A stretch of DNA of 56,779 nt. It comes from Nanobdellota archaeon. Lineage in GTDB: Archaea; Nanobdellota; Nanobdellia; JAAOXT01. The notes under the pieces are model-generated. The model was given only the letters and a program-made list of their open reading frames with translations. It was not told the DNA's origin and did no database searches. Position numbers and translations under genes: made by a program. Of the stretch, positions 39,132-49,238 are shown one piece after another. The DNA lies in the NCBI GenBank assembly GCA_018221045.1, contig JAAOXT010000015.1, forward strand, positions 1 to 56,779. The letters run 5' to 3'. The stretch's first letter is position 1; each line of letters begins with the position of its first letter.

Positions 39132-42100
39132 TCACTGATATCTTTCTTCAGAATATTCGAAGTTATCAAAGTGATAAGTGGTTTTGGTCATGGTTTTCGA
39201 CGGTGTCGCGTACTCGCTGCCCAGAAAACGCACAAAATCTTCCACGCGACTCCACGAACCAGTTTTTTCGGCGTACAAGTAAAAAACGTTCTCCCTAACC
39301 GCAGGGTATAATTTGAGCTTCAAGTAAGATTCCGTGGCGTCATCCTTAAAACTTGCTGTAGAGTTATGCGCAATCAATAAATCGCAAGGCACTATTACCG
39401 CGAAAACGTAAGAGTTATCTCTTCTGCCAGCAAAAGTCCAGCCATTACTGCATTTGAAAGAAGATTTGGAAACTTTAGCCACGGTATCGTTAAGCACTCC
39501 TTCAACTCTTCCAAAAACCTTCCAAAAATGATCCGCTGAACCGTTAAGCCTGACGCGGGGACTGAACTCCACGATTCTTGAAGCGTTCACAGGAATCTGG
39601 GCATCCACTTTTATGAAAGGTGAATAAGAATTAATGCTGAAAGAATAATTTAGTTGAGGAGTGGTTCCCGAGCCAGCGTTAACCGTTGCGAACAACTTGC
39701 CAAAACGAGTGAGTACAGGGCTTGAAAGAGCAGAGCTATAACTCGCGGACACGTCGCTCATGTCAGTTATCCTTGTTTCAATGTCAAAGGTTCCGGAATC
39801 ATAAAACCAGTTAGCTCCTTCTGACTGAAAATCCTTGCTGGAGAAATCCCATGACCATAAAGGGTTTGAAACGTTCGTTCCGCTAACACTCAGGTTAGAC
39901 GACTGGTCATCCGAACAATCCTTATCAGAATAATAAGCGAAAAAACTGGTTTCACCATCCTCAAAATCGTTCAGGAAAGTTATGTTCAAGCGAGGATTGG
40001 AAGGGTTAAACCAATAATCCTTAGACTCGCTTACACTCCAGCCGTCACCGAGAAGAACTTCCAGTTCAGCCCCTGCCGAGAGTGAAGTCGGGTCAAGCCA
40101 ATAAAACCTTCCAAAAGGTTCTTTAAAACCCGTGAAGTTAAGCTCACCCCAGGATTGACTAATTGATTGGGAGTTGAGAGTGTTACCTTCATAATCCAGT
40201 ATTCGAATAGTGGTGGCCGAGCCAGCGGATATCAATCGCAAAGACATGTTGATGAACGAATCGTTCTCGCCTGCGCGGAACAACAATTTAGGGGCGGGTC
40301 CTTTGACCACAAAGTTTTTCTCGTCCAAAACCAGTTTTGGCAGGCTCGAAGTAATGTTAAACCATTCGGCCCCAGCAACGCTCACGTTATACTCTCCTGA
40401 AACGCCTTTCGAATCAATCGTGTAAGCGGTTCCGTTCCCCTCAAGGTTTGAAGGAGTGGTCGTGGACCCGTCAGGATAAGACACGTTAAAACTTATTACT
40501 TCATTATTTGATTGATTGGTCACTGTCACGGTAAAATTGGTTCCGTTAACGTTGTAAACAGTGAAGTTAGGTCTTAGCGAGCCGTTAAAATAAGTGGTTA
40601 GGACGCTGGACCCAGTATGGTAAAAGCTTGGCTGAGTCAACTTTGTTTTGAAATACTCGTCGACCACGCGAATGCAGGTGGGCCTGGTTTGAGCCTCAAA
40701 ACCCAGTTCTACACTAATCGTCGCGTTATCAACTGGTTCTGAATCAACTGTAAAACCAATCCTTCCAGTAAACAGGGTTTCACTGACTTGATTGAGTTTT
40801 GAGGTCGAGTTAGTCATGGTGGCTGAAGAACTGAAATCTTTGGTGGGAAAACTTATTTTAGCACTGTTATCAGCGTTGTAATAAATTAGGAACGTGTTGT
40901 TAGCGTTTGCTGAAAGGTTAACGAGTAATGAAATGTTTCCTAACGAAGCGCTCTCATCCTCCCAAGATAATTGCCAAGGAATCATGACATGATTCTGGTC
41001 GAACACCGCAAAATTAATGGTTCCTGAAGGGATTTGAAAGTCTTTTGAACTGGAAGTGGAGAACGAAAAGTTGTAAACCCCGTTTTCCACTGCGGAACCA
41101 GTGTTAGTGAGATTTATGCTAGTCCTGTTCCACTGTTGTTTGTTCCAGTCATCTTTGTCAACCTGTTTTTCTATTTTTTCATTAAAAGTGGAATAACTCG
41201 TTTCCAAGGAATAACCCTCATTAATCCCGGAAACTTTCAGGTAATTCAGTGCCGAAGAAATTTTGGAGTTAACGCTTTCCTCATCATTGACGTGTATGTT
41301 GAACTGGTGGCCTAACAAGAAATTGCTGGTTTTTGAGCCGTTAAGGGATTCTCCAAGCATCAAGTAAACAATGGCGTTCACCTGATCGGAAGAAGAGCCT
41401 CGACCAGTGATGTTAGTGAAGTCATTGACGTCCGAGGCCTCCAGTAGTCCTTGGGAGGGTTGAGAGGAGTCGAAACTCCAGTCAGAAATGTTGGTTAAAA
41501 AAACTTTCGCCTCGGTCGGAGTCGTCTTAGCGAATAAACCCCAAAGCCTTCCCGTTCCAGACGCTGAGCTGGTTGAAGCTCCACTGCAGAAATCGCTTAT
41601 TGTCCCCCCATCAACGTCATCGTAATCCCAGTTGTGCTCGCAAGCATGGTTGAAAAGTATTGAGAGGTCGCCTAAACCGGAAGTCGAAGTAGAATTTTTT
41701 ATAGTGATGTTTGCCATGACGTAATCATTGAAGAAAAAGTATTCAATCTTTGAAAACACTGGAGTGCTAGCAGGATTGTTGAAATTATAGGCATAGATTT
41801 TTGCGTAACCGAAAACGGGTCCGCTGGAGTAATCGCTAAGAGTGGTTGTCCCGGATTCCTGCTCGTTCCAAGCGTTGAAAAAACCTTGGCTTCCCGCCCA
41901 CTCATGACTGTTTTGTTTGGATTTGAAACTCGAAATCACTCCTCCTTGATTGAGATCCACTTCCGCTAAGTAAGAAGGAGTGTTGATTATTAGTTTGGTG
42001 CCGTCTTTTTCAACGCTTGTCGTGTTAACAGTTTCTTCTGATGGTATGACGTAGTCTTGAGAGGATAAGGAATTATAGTAGACGTTGATGGTTTGGTTCG

Positions 42101-42503
42101 CGAGCCTGGTGTAGTTCAGCGTGGCGTAAAGAACTCCTTGTTTCGCGGTCAGGTTCTCCCAATGCACTTGAAAAACTTTTTGCTCTGGGGCAAAAACCAT
42201 TAATGAGTTCGTGTCAGTATCGTTTCTCAAGTCAAAACCAATTTTTATTAATCGGTTGGCTGACTCGTTCAGAACTTCTTGAACCTCTATTTTCAAACGA
42301 TAACTTCTTTTGATTTCGTTCCAGTTAAAGGTTTCCGAAACTTTATTCAAGAAACCTTTTAGGTTGTATGCTTTGTTCAAGCTTATCCGCTGAAACTCCA
42401 GTGTCGAGACCTTCAACCCTGGAGGCAGGACTAAATAACTAATTATCGCAGACATAGTTATTATCACGATTATTCCTGTTATCACGAAGAACTGGCCTTT
42501 CAC
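39132..42503 (-). CDS. large secreted pilin-like adhesin with class III signal peptide and repeated DUF2341-like modules
   Basis: GTG start overlaps the upstream TGA and gives MKG|QFFVITGIIVII. S/T/N-rich with many N-x-S/T sequons. Confidence 0.75.
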   Translation of the reverse strand: MKGQFFVITGIIVIITMSAIISYLVLPPGLKVSTLEFQRISLNKAYNLKGFLNKVSETFNWNEIKRSYRLKIEVQEVLNESANRLIKIGFDLRNDTDTNSLMVFAPEQKVFQVHWENLTAKQGVLYATLNYTRLANQTINVYYNSLSSQDYVIPSEETVNTTSVEKDGTKLIINTPSYLAEVDLNQGGVISSFKSKQNSHEWAGSQGFFNAWNEQESGTTTLSDYSSGPVFGYAKIYAYNFNNPASTPVFSKIEYFFFNDYVMANITIKNSTSTSGLGDLSILFNHACEHNWDYDDVDGGTISDFCSGASTSSASGTGRLWGLFAKTTPTEAKVFLTNISDWSFDSSQPSQGLLEASDVNDFTNITGRGSSSDQVNAIVYLMLGESLNGSKTSNFLLGHQFNIHVNDEESVNSKISSALNYLKVSGINEGYSLETSYSTFNEKIEKQVDKDDWNKQQWNRTSINLTNTGSAVENGVYNFSFSTSSSKDFQIPSGTINFAVFDQNHVMIPWQLSWEDESASLGNISLLVNLSANANNTFLIYYNADNSAKISFPTKDFSSSATMTNSTSKLNQVSETLFTGRIGFTVDSEPVDNATISVELGFEAQTRPTCIRVVDEYFKTKLTQPSFYHTGSSVLTTYFNGSLRPNFTVYNVNGTNFTVTVTNQSNNEVISFNVSYPDGSTTTPSNLEGNGTAYTIDSKGVSGEYNVSVAGAEWFNITSSLPKLVLDEKNFVVKGPAPKLLFRAGENDSFINMSLRLISAGSATTIRILDYEGNTLNSQSISQSWGELNFTGFKEPFGRFYWLDPTSLSAGAELEVLLGDGWSVSESKDYWFNPSNPRLNITFLNDFEDGETSFFAYYSDKDCSDDQSSNLSVSGTNVSNPLWSWDFSSKDFQSEGANWFYDSGTFDIETRITDMSDVSASYSSALSSPVLTRFGKLFATVNAGSGTTPQLNYSFSINSYSPFIKVDAQIPVNASRIVEFSPRVRLNGSADHFWKVFGRVEGVLNDTVAKVSKSSFKCSNGWTFAGRRDNSYVFAVIVPCDLLIAHNSTASFKDDATESYLKLKLYPAVRENVFYLYAEKTGSWSRVEDFVRFLGSEYATPSKTMTKTTYHFDNFEYSEERYQ

Positions 42504-43591
42504 CACAAGTACCACATCCTAAGAAGGACTTTAGAATAATCTTTTTCAAGATTTACCAGCCTGCTGATAGAGTGAACATTTGATTTAGGAGAATCCTTTA
42601 GTATTGGAGGGGTTCCACCCCTATTATCCTTTTCAAAATTGATTGTTACGTTGGTGTTGTCATAACTTGTGTTGAGCGTCGAATTATAATCATCAGTGTC
42701 AGAAGTCCCTATTGAGTACGAGAGGTAAAACTCTTTATTGCTGTGATTCATTAATGGAATGAAGAATTGCGTGTCCGCTCTCGTGGAGTTCTGAGGTTCC
42801 CCAACAGATGTTGCAACGCTGGAGTTAACGAGTAAGGAGTTCACGTAAAGTCCTGCGTTGTTAGAATTGTAAGAAGTGGATCCCCCAGCGTAATAAAAGT
42901 AAGCCAAGGTTTTAGTGTTAGCTGGAAGCAAAGATAAGCTGACGTTGACCGTGACGTTCATATCGCTCCCGAAAACAGTTTGATTGGTCACGTTAAGCCT
43001 GTATAATGTATCATCAACCTGGAAAACGAACGCTGACTTGTTAACTGTTTCACCGTTAGTTTTTAAAGATAAATTTGTTATTCCAATGACGCCGTTCTCG
43101 ACTCGCGTGTTGTTAGTTATCAAGTATATGGGAACGCTGTACCAGTTCCAGTCAACATTCCTGTCAAAAGAATACCCGTCAGAGAATACGTGCACAGAGT
43201 TTTTATCCACGTACGAAGGAAAATTGAAGGTTAAGGCAACCGCCTGATCAAAATGATTAATCGTTTTGTTGGTCCCGGCGTCCCACGTCCCGCCAGTGGA
43301 GTTCAAAGTAATTTTTGAGAAATATTCTGCCCGCACTTGATACCCGAACCGTTCAGGCATTATGTAGTATAACTTGTTTTCAAGTGAGCGCAAGTCATAT
43401 TTTTCTAAATCCTGGCTGAGAAGACCTGTTTCATCCAAAGAGTTTAATAGCACTCTGCCAAGCCTTGAAGGGTTTCTTTGAAAACTTTCGGTAGGCGTGT
43501 AAACTCTTTGAGTGAAGTAAACGTAAGAACCCATAAAAAAAAGGATGGTTAGGATGGCCTCCATTGATTTCATAAAACCTTTATTATTCAT
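42500..43591 (-). CDS. minor pilin-like protein (class III signal peptide)
   Basis: MNNKG|FMKSMEAILTILFF, ATGA overlap and a sequon-rich beta region. Confidence 0.75.
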   Translation of the reverse strand: MNNKGFMKSMEAILTILFFMGSYVYFTQRVYTPTESFQRNPSRLGRVLLNSLDETGLLSQDLEKYDLRSLENKLYYIMPERFGYQVRAEYFSKITLNSTGGTWDAGTNKTINHFDQAVALTFNFPSYVDKNSVHVFSDGYSFDRNVDWNWYSVPIYLITNNTRVENGVIGITNLSLKTNGETVNKSAFVFQVDDTLYRLNVTNQTVFGSDMNVTVNVSLSLLPANTKTLAYFYYAGGSTSYNSNNAGLYVNSLLVNSSVATSVGEPQNSTRADTQFFIPLMNHSNKEFYLSYSIGTSDTDDYNSTLNTSYDNTNVTINFEKDNRGGTPPILKDSPKSNVHSISRLVNLEKDYSKVLLRMWYLW

Positions 43592-44382
43592 ATTATCCAC
43601 GCGTTAACCTTAACTTTTGATAAGTATTTATTGTTGTTTTCAACAACGTTCGTGAAAAACTCTTGGTAAACATAATCCTGATAACCCGTGCCAGTTGTTC
43701 CGCAGGAATCGTTCATTTTTAGGTCGCCAACATAAAATTTTGATAAATCCATTCCTTGATTTGTATTAGTGTTCGTGAGAACAACCAAATATTTTTGGGA
43801 ATGCGAGGTAACAAAAATGATGGTGTCCTCATCCCCAGCGGATAAGGAAAGGTTGAAGGAAAAAACTTGGTTGTTAAAAAAATCGGTTGAGTTGGAAATG
43901 TCATCTTCGGATTCAATTCCTGAATTGGTGGATGACACGTAAACGTTTTTAGGGAAAACCAAGTCAAACGAGGCGTTGCCGCTTCCAGTTGTTCTGCCCG
44001 CGCTAATGTTAAAATCGTAGCCGTTAATTATGAACCTGACCTGACCTTCACCGAAATCGCTTCCAAGAGTGTAGTTAGCGTTTTGAGGTAGGGTGAAGCC
44101 TAACAAGTTGTATTCTAAGGAAAGGTTTGAGACAAAATCAAATTCTTTAGTGCATAGGGATTGGAATTCTTCCGAAGTCATAGAATACTTTTCAAGAAAG
44201 GATACGATACTGGTTATTTTTTTTTCGCGGAGCTCGAATTCGCTGGAGTCAGAGAAGGGGGTGACAAGTCTTAGCAAAAAGTTGATTAGGAAAATTATGA
44301 AAAACAGGAATATCAGGTAAGCGACTATGGCGTCAACGTCAACCTGCCCCCGTGACCGCGAGCTGTATTTTTCGTGATTCAT
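43588..44382 (-). CDS. minor pilin-like protein (class III signal peptide)
   Basis: SRG|QVDVDAIVAYLIFLFFII. Confidence 0.72.
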   Translation of the reverse strand: MNHEKYSSRSRGQVDVDAIVAYLIFLFFIIFLINFLLRLVTPFSDSSEFELREKKITSIVSFLEKYSMTSEEFQSLCTKEFDFVSNLSLEYNLLGFTLPQNANYTLGSDFGEGQVRFIINGYDFNISAGRTTGSGNASFDLVFPKNVYVSSTNSGIESEDDISNSTDFFNNQVFSFNLSLSAGDEDTIIFVTSHSQKYLVVLTNTNTNQGMDLSKFYVGDLKMNDSCGTTGTGYQDYVYQEFFTNVVENNNKYLSKVKVNAWII

Positions 44383-45460
44383 CCTTTTCTCCTTCCATTT
44401 TTGCGATTACAAGTACTTCATAAACCCCTACTTCTTGCGGAGCTATCAACGAGTAAGAGAACTCTCCTTGTTCGTCAGTTTTTATTACTTCGGTCAGGTT
44501 CTCTAAGATTATGAATATTTGAGTGTTTGAAACAGGGCTTCCTTCAAGCACTATGCTCCCAGTCAGCTCCGTTTTTTCTCCAGAGGAGAGCACGTTATCA
44601 CTTAGCTCAGCGTTGAAGTCAATGATTTTCGGGTAGATGAGCACTGAGAAAGCCACTAACGCTATAACCAGCATTATGAAGGAATGCTTTACTCCCGCGA
44701 CCACGCTTCCATCCTTGGCCTCTCCTGCCACTAAGCCATTCATGAAAGATTGTATGGTCATTGTTAGGAAAAAAAGTATTTTGAAATAACCTACAGAAGG
44801 CGCGCTCCCTCCGCTGATGAATAACGCTCCTCCAGCACCTCCACCCACAGATAATAATGGGATGAGGATTCTGTAAAGAGCTACGATTATGCCAATGAAC
44901 AAGAGATTGATGATGTAAATAATGGTTATTTGCTCTTTGAGAATAGATTGTCTTTCATTGGCTATTTTTTTGAGCAGGCGAGTGGCTTCAGATACCGAGC
45001 CCATAGCTTCTGAAATAGCGCCTCCAGCGTAGTAGGCTTGAATGACTATTCCTATGGCTCTTCGTATGAAAATACTTTTTTTATTTCTCTTCGCGAAGTT
45101 CTTGATAACGTTTGGCAGAGGGATTCCCCACGACAATTGGTTCGCCATTTTTTTCACGTCTTCATTTAAAGCCCCGTAATCAGTTTTTGTAGCGTTGAGA
45201 ATGGCTATTGGCAGAGTCATGCCTGCTTCATGAGCATCCGAAAGGTTTCTGAGAAATTTGGGCAGGTTATCCTCTTTTTCGGACATTTTTTGCTGATAAG
45301 TGAATTTTAGTATTGACCATGGAACCAAGAATATTGATATTCCTATAACTATGCCATAACCCACTATGAGGATGTCTCCTTGAGATATTATCACCGCGCC
45401 TAGGCATACTAATATGGCGATTGTTCCGAAAACAAGTGTTATTATGTCCTCTTGATCCAT
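44339..45460 (-). CDS. type IV pilus platform protein (T2SSF/TadC-like) with C-terminal Ig-like extension
   Basis: LPKFLRNL...GMTL...YGAL...QLSWG and GLVAG...G....GVKH, plus ~95 extra beta-rich residues containing TDEQGEF. Confidence 0.88.
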   Translation of the reverse strand: MDQEDIITLVFGTIAILVCLGAVIISQGDILIVGYGIVIGISIFLVPWSILKFTYQQKMSEKEDNLPKFLRNLSDAHEAGMTLPIAILNATKTDYGALNEDVKKMANQLSWGIPLPNVIKNFAKRNKKSIFIRRAIGIVIQAYYAGGAISEAMGSVSEATRLLKKIANERQSILKEQITIIYIINLLFIGIIVALYRILIPLLSVGGGAGGALFISGGSAPSVGYFKILFFLTMTIQSFMNGLVAGEAKDGSVVAGVKHSFIMLVIALVAFSVLIYPKIIDFNAELSDNVLSSGEKTELTGSIVLEGSPVSNTQIFIILENLTEVIKTDEQGEFSYSLIAPQEVGVYEVLVIAKMEGEKDESRKIQLAVTGAG

Positions 45461-45467
45461 TTTTTTT

Positions 45468-46343
45468 TTATGTCTCCGTTGGTGAAATCATTTTTAGCAT
45501 TAGTATGAACGCTGCGCTAAGGAAGGGCAGTCCAATAGTCACGAGTATTATTTGCACTGTTTGGAGTTGTTGCGCGTACCCGCCGAGCAAGCTCATAATA
45601 GTTGTTAGCACGAGGATGAATACTGAACCCACTATGACAGCGGTTATGTACATTTCCATGAATATGCTCAGCGTCTTCACGTATTCTTGGAGTTTTCTCC
45701 TGTAATCTATGACGAAGTCGTCGCCTTTTTGAATTAGGAATCTTTTCAGGTCGGCTCCAGTGGACATTGTTGTTTTCATACCCCACAAAAGTTCTTTTAA
45801 CCCTTCGCTCGGCGATGCTTCAGCGGCTCTTGCCAGAGCTTCTGAAATGTCCATTCCGTAGCGGTCAATAGCGTACCAAATTTTTTGGAAAATTCTGGCG
45901 ATTTCTCCGAACTCTTCGAAATCACCTATTATCTTGAAAATCTTGTAAGTTGGCAGTCCTGTTCCCGCGAGCGTGGCCATGTAGATGGCTGCGAAGTGGA
46001 TTCCGTTATCAATCTTCTTTTTTTTCGAAGCAGATACTTGTGAAGGGTAAAAATAGAACAGGCTGAAAATTAGTATGGTTAGAAAGCTTCCAACGAAGAA
46101 TGAGAACAGCGCGCTGACCAAAACGTCCCCTGTTAGAATTGAGAAAACGATTGTTAAGGTTATGAAGGATATAATGAAACCTAATAATGAGAAGAAAGCG
46201 GCGAGTGAGAAGTACTCTTCAACAGTCAAGTGTATTTCTGCTTTTTGCAGGTCGCTGGCAATGTCTTTTATTAGATGCCTGTACTTTTTGACGTGCCTGC
46301 CGAACCACCTATAGGACTGGAATATTAGTTGTCTGCCTTTCAT
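45468..46343 (-). CDS. type IV pilus platform protein (T2SSF/TadB-FlaJ-like)
   Basis: IDNGIHFAAIYMATLAGTG, GMDISEAL...SPS and LSIFMEMYIT. Confidence 0.9.
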   Translation of the reverse strand: MKGRQLIFQSYRWFGRHVKKYRHLIKDIASDLQKAEIHLTVEEYFSLAAFFSLLGFIISFITLTIVFSILTGDVLVSALFSFFVGSFLTILIFSLFYFYPSQVSASKKKKIDNGIHFAAIYMATLAGTGLPTYKIFKIIGDFEEFGEIARIFQKIWYAIDRYGMDISEALARAAEASPSEGLKELLWGMKTTMSTGADLKRFLIQKGDDFVIDYRRKLQEYVKTLSIFMEMYITAVIVGSVFILVLTTIMSLLGGYAQQLQTVQIILVTIGLPFLSAAFILMLKMISPTET

Positions 46344-46389
46344 GTGTTGATTAATATCTTTAGAATTATATTCTTTTATAATTACTCTT

Positions 46390-48267
46390 TCAAGTTCGCG
46401 CTGACTGTTTTGAAGGATATTTTTTCATCAGTTGCGTTAAGTATTTTGGGTTGGAGTAGAACATGGCTATGATGTTCGCAACTTCTTTGTAACCTTTTAT
46501 TCCTTGTAATTGCATCCATTTCAGGACTTTTATTCGAAAAGCGAGGTCGGAGCGTAAAACTTCTATTGAGTAACCCATTTTTTCCTTTATTTTATCAAGA
46601 ATGGTTGACTTGTAGGATTTGAACGTGTCTGTTGAAGGATCCCATTTGAAAGGAGTGTTGGTGGTTAGTTGTTGGGTGGAAAACTCGTATTGTAGGATTT
46701 CAACAACGGATTTAACCTTTCTCACGTACACTCCTTCTCTTCGGGTTAGGGCTAAGAACACGACGACGTCCAGCGCTTCTAGCATTACTTTAGGAAGGTT
46801 TATTGGTTTGTTAGTGAGGCGGCCGATAACGGATTGTATGCTGTCAGCGTGAAGGGTTCCCATTGAAGGGTGCCCCGTGCTCATTCCTTGGAACATGACG
46901 TAAGCTTCCTCTCCACGAACCTCTCCTACTATGATGTAGTCAGGTCTTTGACGCAGTGAAGATTTTAGCAAGTCGAACATTGTCACTTCACCGTAGCTTT
47001 TGGTTCCGAAGCCAGCTCTCGCGACTTGTGGAATCCAGTTCGGGTGGGGCAGCATGAGTTCTGGCGTGTCTTCTATGCTGACTATTTTCAGCGCTGGCTT
47101 TATGAATAAGGATAAAGAGTTCAGAAAAGACGTTTTTCCTGTGGCGGTGGCTCCGGCGATGAGCACGGATAACTTGTTTTCTATGACTAGCCACAAATAA
47201 GCAAGGATTTCCGCGTTAACCGTTTTGAAATCCATTTGGTTGATAGGGGTTAATGGTTCTTTGGTGAATTTACGGATAGTGAAGTTTGAGCCTTTCATCG
47301 CTATGTCTGTGCCGTAGGTTGCTTGCACACGACTGCCGTCCGGCAGGGATCCGTCGAGAAGTGGTGACGCGATGGATAAGGACCTGCCAGTTTTTTGAGC
47401 CAGTCTTAGCACGAAACCGTCTAATTTCTCTTTTTCTTCAAATATGACGTTGGTTTGGAGTTCCCCGTATAAAGAGTTGCGATGATAAATGAAGATAGGG
47501 ATGCCTGACCCGTCGCAACTGATGTCTTCTATGTTCTTGTCATGCATCATGGCTTCGATTTTGCCAAGCCCGATGAAATCCCTGTAAATATAGTATTCGA
47601 ACTTTAGTTTTTGCGCTTCAGTGATTTTAAGCCCTTCTTCCTTGATTATTTCTTCAAAAGTGTCTATGAGGTATTGGATCGCTTTTTCGGATCGGACTTC
47701 CGCGAAGTTTATGTTAAGTTTTTCTTCAATTGTTTGTTTCAAATCCTCCAATTTGGCTTTCTCTTTCGGAGTTATTGGGGGTTCTGAAATGAAGTATGAA
47801 AGGGCTTGTAATTCTTCATTCCATTTGATTATGCCGTAAGCGAACGTGGAGGTCTTGCCACCCAAGTTGAGGGTTATCAGCGGGAAAACGTCGTAGACTT
47901 TTCTTTTTTTGGCAAGAACTTCTTCGGGGACGATGCGAGCTTTTCCTGGGAGGTTGCTGAATAATTCGAGTTTTTGATAAACTTTTTTTTTCTCTTCTTC
48001 AACTTCTTTTTCTTTTGTCTTCACTTCTTCTTTTTGAAGCTCTTCTTTTTTTGGTGGTTCTTCTTTGATTTCAACTTTTTCTTCTGTTTTGATTTCTTCA
48101 TCGATTTTGGTTGTTTCTTCAACTGATTCTTCTTTCAAAGGTTTTGTTTCTGGCGCTGGAAGAACTTTTTCATTTTCAGGAAGCTTTTCTTTTTCAATCT
48201 TTTTTTTGGAGGCTTCTCTAGCTTTTCTTAATTTTTTACCTATCTTGGATAATTTTAGTCCAGCCAT
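46390..48267 (-). CDS. type II/IV secretion ATPase (FlaI/PilB/TadA family)
   Basis: IEDISCDG, FTIRKF, GATATGKT, SIEDTPE, LRQRPDYIIVGEVRG and TGH...TLHA. K/E-rich N-terminus. Confidence 0.96.
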   Translation of the reverse strand: MAGLKLSKIGKKLRKAREASKKKIEKEKLPENEKVLPAPETKPLKEESVEETTKIDEEIKTEEKVEIKEEPPKKEELQKEEVKTKEKEVEEEKKKVYQKLELFSNLPGKARIVPEEVLAKKRKVYDVFPLITLNLGGKTSTFAYGIIKWNEELQALSYFISEPPITPKEKAKLEDLKQTIEEKLNINFAEVRSEKAIQYLIDTFEEIIKEEGLKITEAQKLKFEYYIYRDFIGLGKIEAMMHDKNIEDISCDGSGIPIFIYHRNSLYGELQTNVIFEEKEKLDGFVLRLAQKTGRSLSIASPLLDGSLPDGSRVQATYGTDIAMKGSNFTIRKFTKEPLTPINQMDFKTVNAEILAYLWLVIENKLSVLIAGATATGKTSFLNSLSLFIKPALKIVSIEDTPELMLPHPNWIPQVARAGFGTKSYGEVTMFDLLKSSLRQRPDYIIVGEVRGEEAYVMFQGMSTGHPSMGTLHADSIQSVIGRLTNKPINLPKVMLEALDVVVFLALTRREGVYVRKVKSVVEILQYEFSTQQLTTNTPFKWDPSTDTFKSYKSTILDKIKEKMGYSIEVLRSDLAFRIKVLKWMQLQGIKGYKEVANIIAMFYSNPKYLTQLMKKYPSKQSART

Positions 48268-48298
48268 TTTTTTTTTGTTGGGGGGGGAGTAATTGTTT

Positions 48299-49201
48299 TT
48301 AGTCTATGCTTAGTTTTAAGATGATTTCTGTTGAGCCCGCGTCACTGGTTTTTTTGGTGTCTATGCTGTTGAATCTTATGTTTAAGGTGTGGTCTCCCTG
48401 ACCCGTCTCGCAGTTTGAATCGCATTGTAGCACGTAGCTTATTTCTTTGCCAAAACTGTCTTTTAGCGCGCGGTATTTCAGTTTTATCAGGACTTTTTGG
48501 AAATCTCCTGAGGGAATGCTTTTCCCTATAACCACTCCTGCCGGGTCCCTGCCAACCACTCCAGTGTTTTCAATGTCTTTTCCCAGTATGACCGCGCTTG
48601 TCCCGTCCGTTTGGATGGAGCCGATAATGTATTCTACGCTTGCTTTGGTTATGGTGTTGAATTGGGTTGCGCAATCCGAGTCCACGATCATGTCCGTGCT
48701 GTTCATGCATAGTGATGTGTAGGTTCCTTGAGCAGTGCTGTTGTAAACGCTTATCTGGTATTCCACTCCTTCGAACACTGCTGTCCCGTTTTTAGGGTTT
48801 TGAAACCCTGTTCGTGTAGGGCAGGTCGTGCAATCGCTTGAAGTGTTGACGCTGGTCAAGTTTTTTTTGGTGGGCATTTGCGTGCCTGATAATGGAACCC
48901 AGTAGTTCACGGCTATTACGGGAACTCTTGTGCTGGTATCCCATTGGACCGTTCCGTTGTAGATTCGCAGGTTTTCTCCTGCGTTTAGCCCTATTTTTAT
49001 GGTCATAGAGCTTTTGGAGTTGCCAACGTATCGGATAGCGCTGTCAATTTCAGTCATTTTTGCGATTACGTTGTCTATGTGTGCTTTGTCAGTGCTTTTT
49101 TCGATTAGGGGTTTGCCCCAAATGATTGTTGCAGCGACTATAGCTATTATTATGCCAGTGATTAGTCCTATTTCAACAATTGTGGCTTGCGCTTTTCGCA
49201 T
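48299..49201 (-). CDS. minor pilin-like protein (class III signal peptide)
   Basis: MRKA|QATIVEIGLITGIIIAIVAATIIWGKP, starting from the in-frame ATG 49201. Confidence 0.8.
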   Translation of the reverse strand: MRKAQATIVEIGLITGIIIAIVAATIIWGKPLIEKSTDKAHIDNVIAKMTEIDSAIRYVGNSKSSMTIKIGLNAGENLRIYNGTVQWDTSTRVPVIAVNYWVPLSGTQMPTKKNLTSVNTSSDCTTCPTRTGFQNPKNGTAVFEGVEYQISVYNSTAQGTYTSLCMNSTDMIVDSDCATQFNTITKASVEYIIGSIQTDGTSAVILGKDIENTGVVGRDPAGVVIGKSIPSGDFQKVLIKLKYRALKDSFGKEISYVLQCDSNCETGQGDHTLNIRFNSIDTKKTSDAGSTEIILKLSID

Positions 49202-49238
49202 TATTGATAATTTAGAAGTTTTAGGATTATTAATGTTT

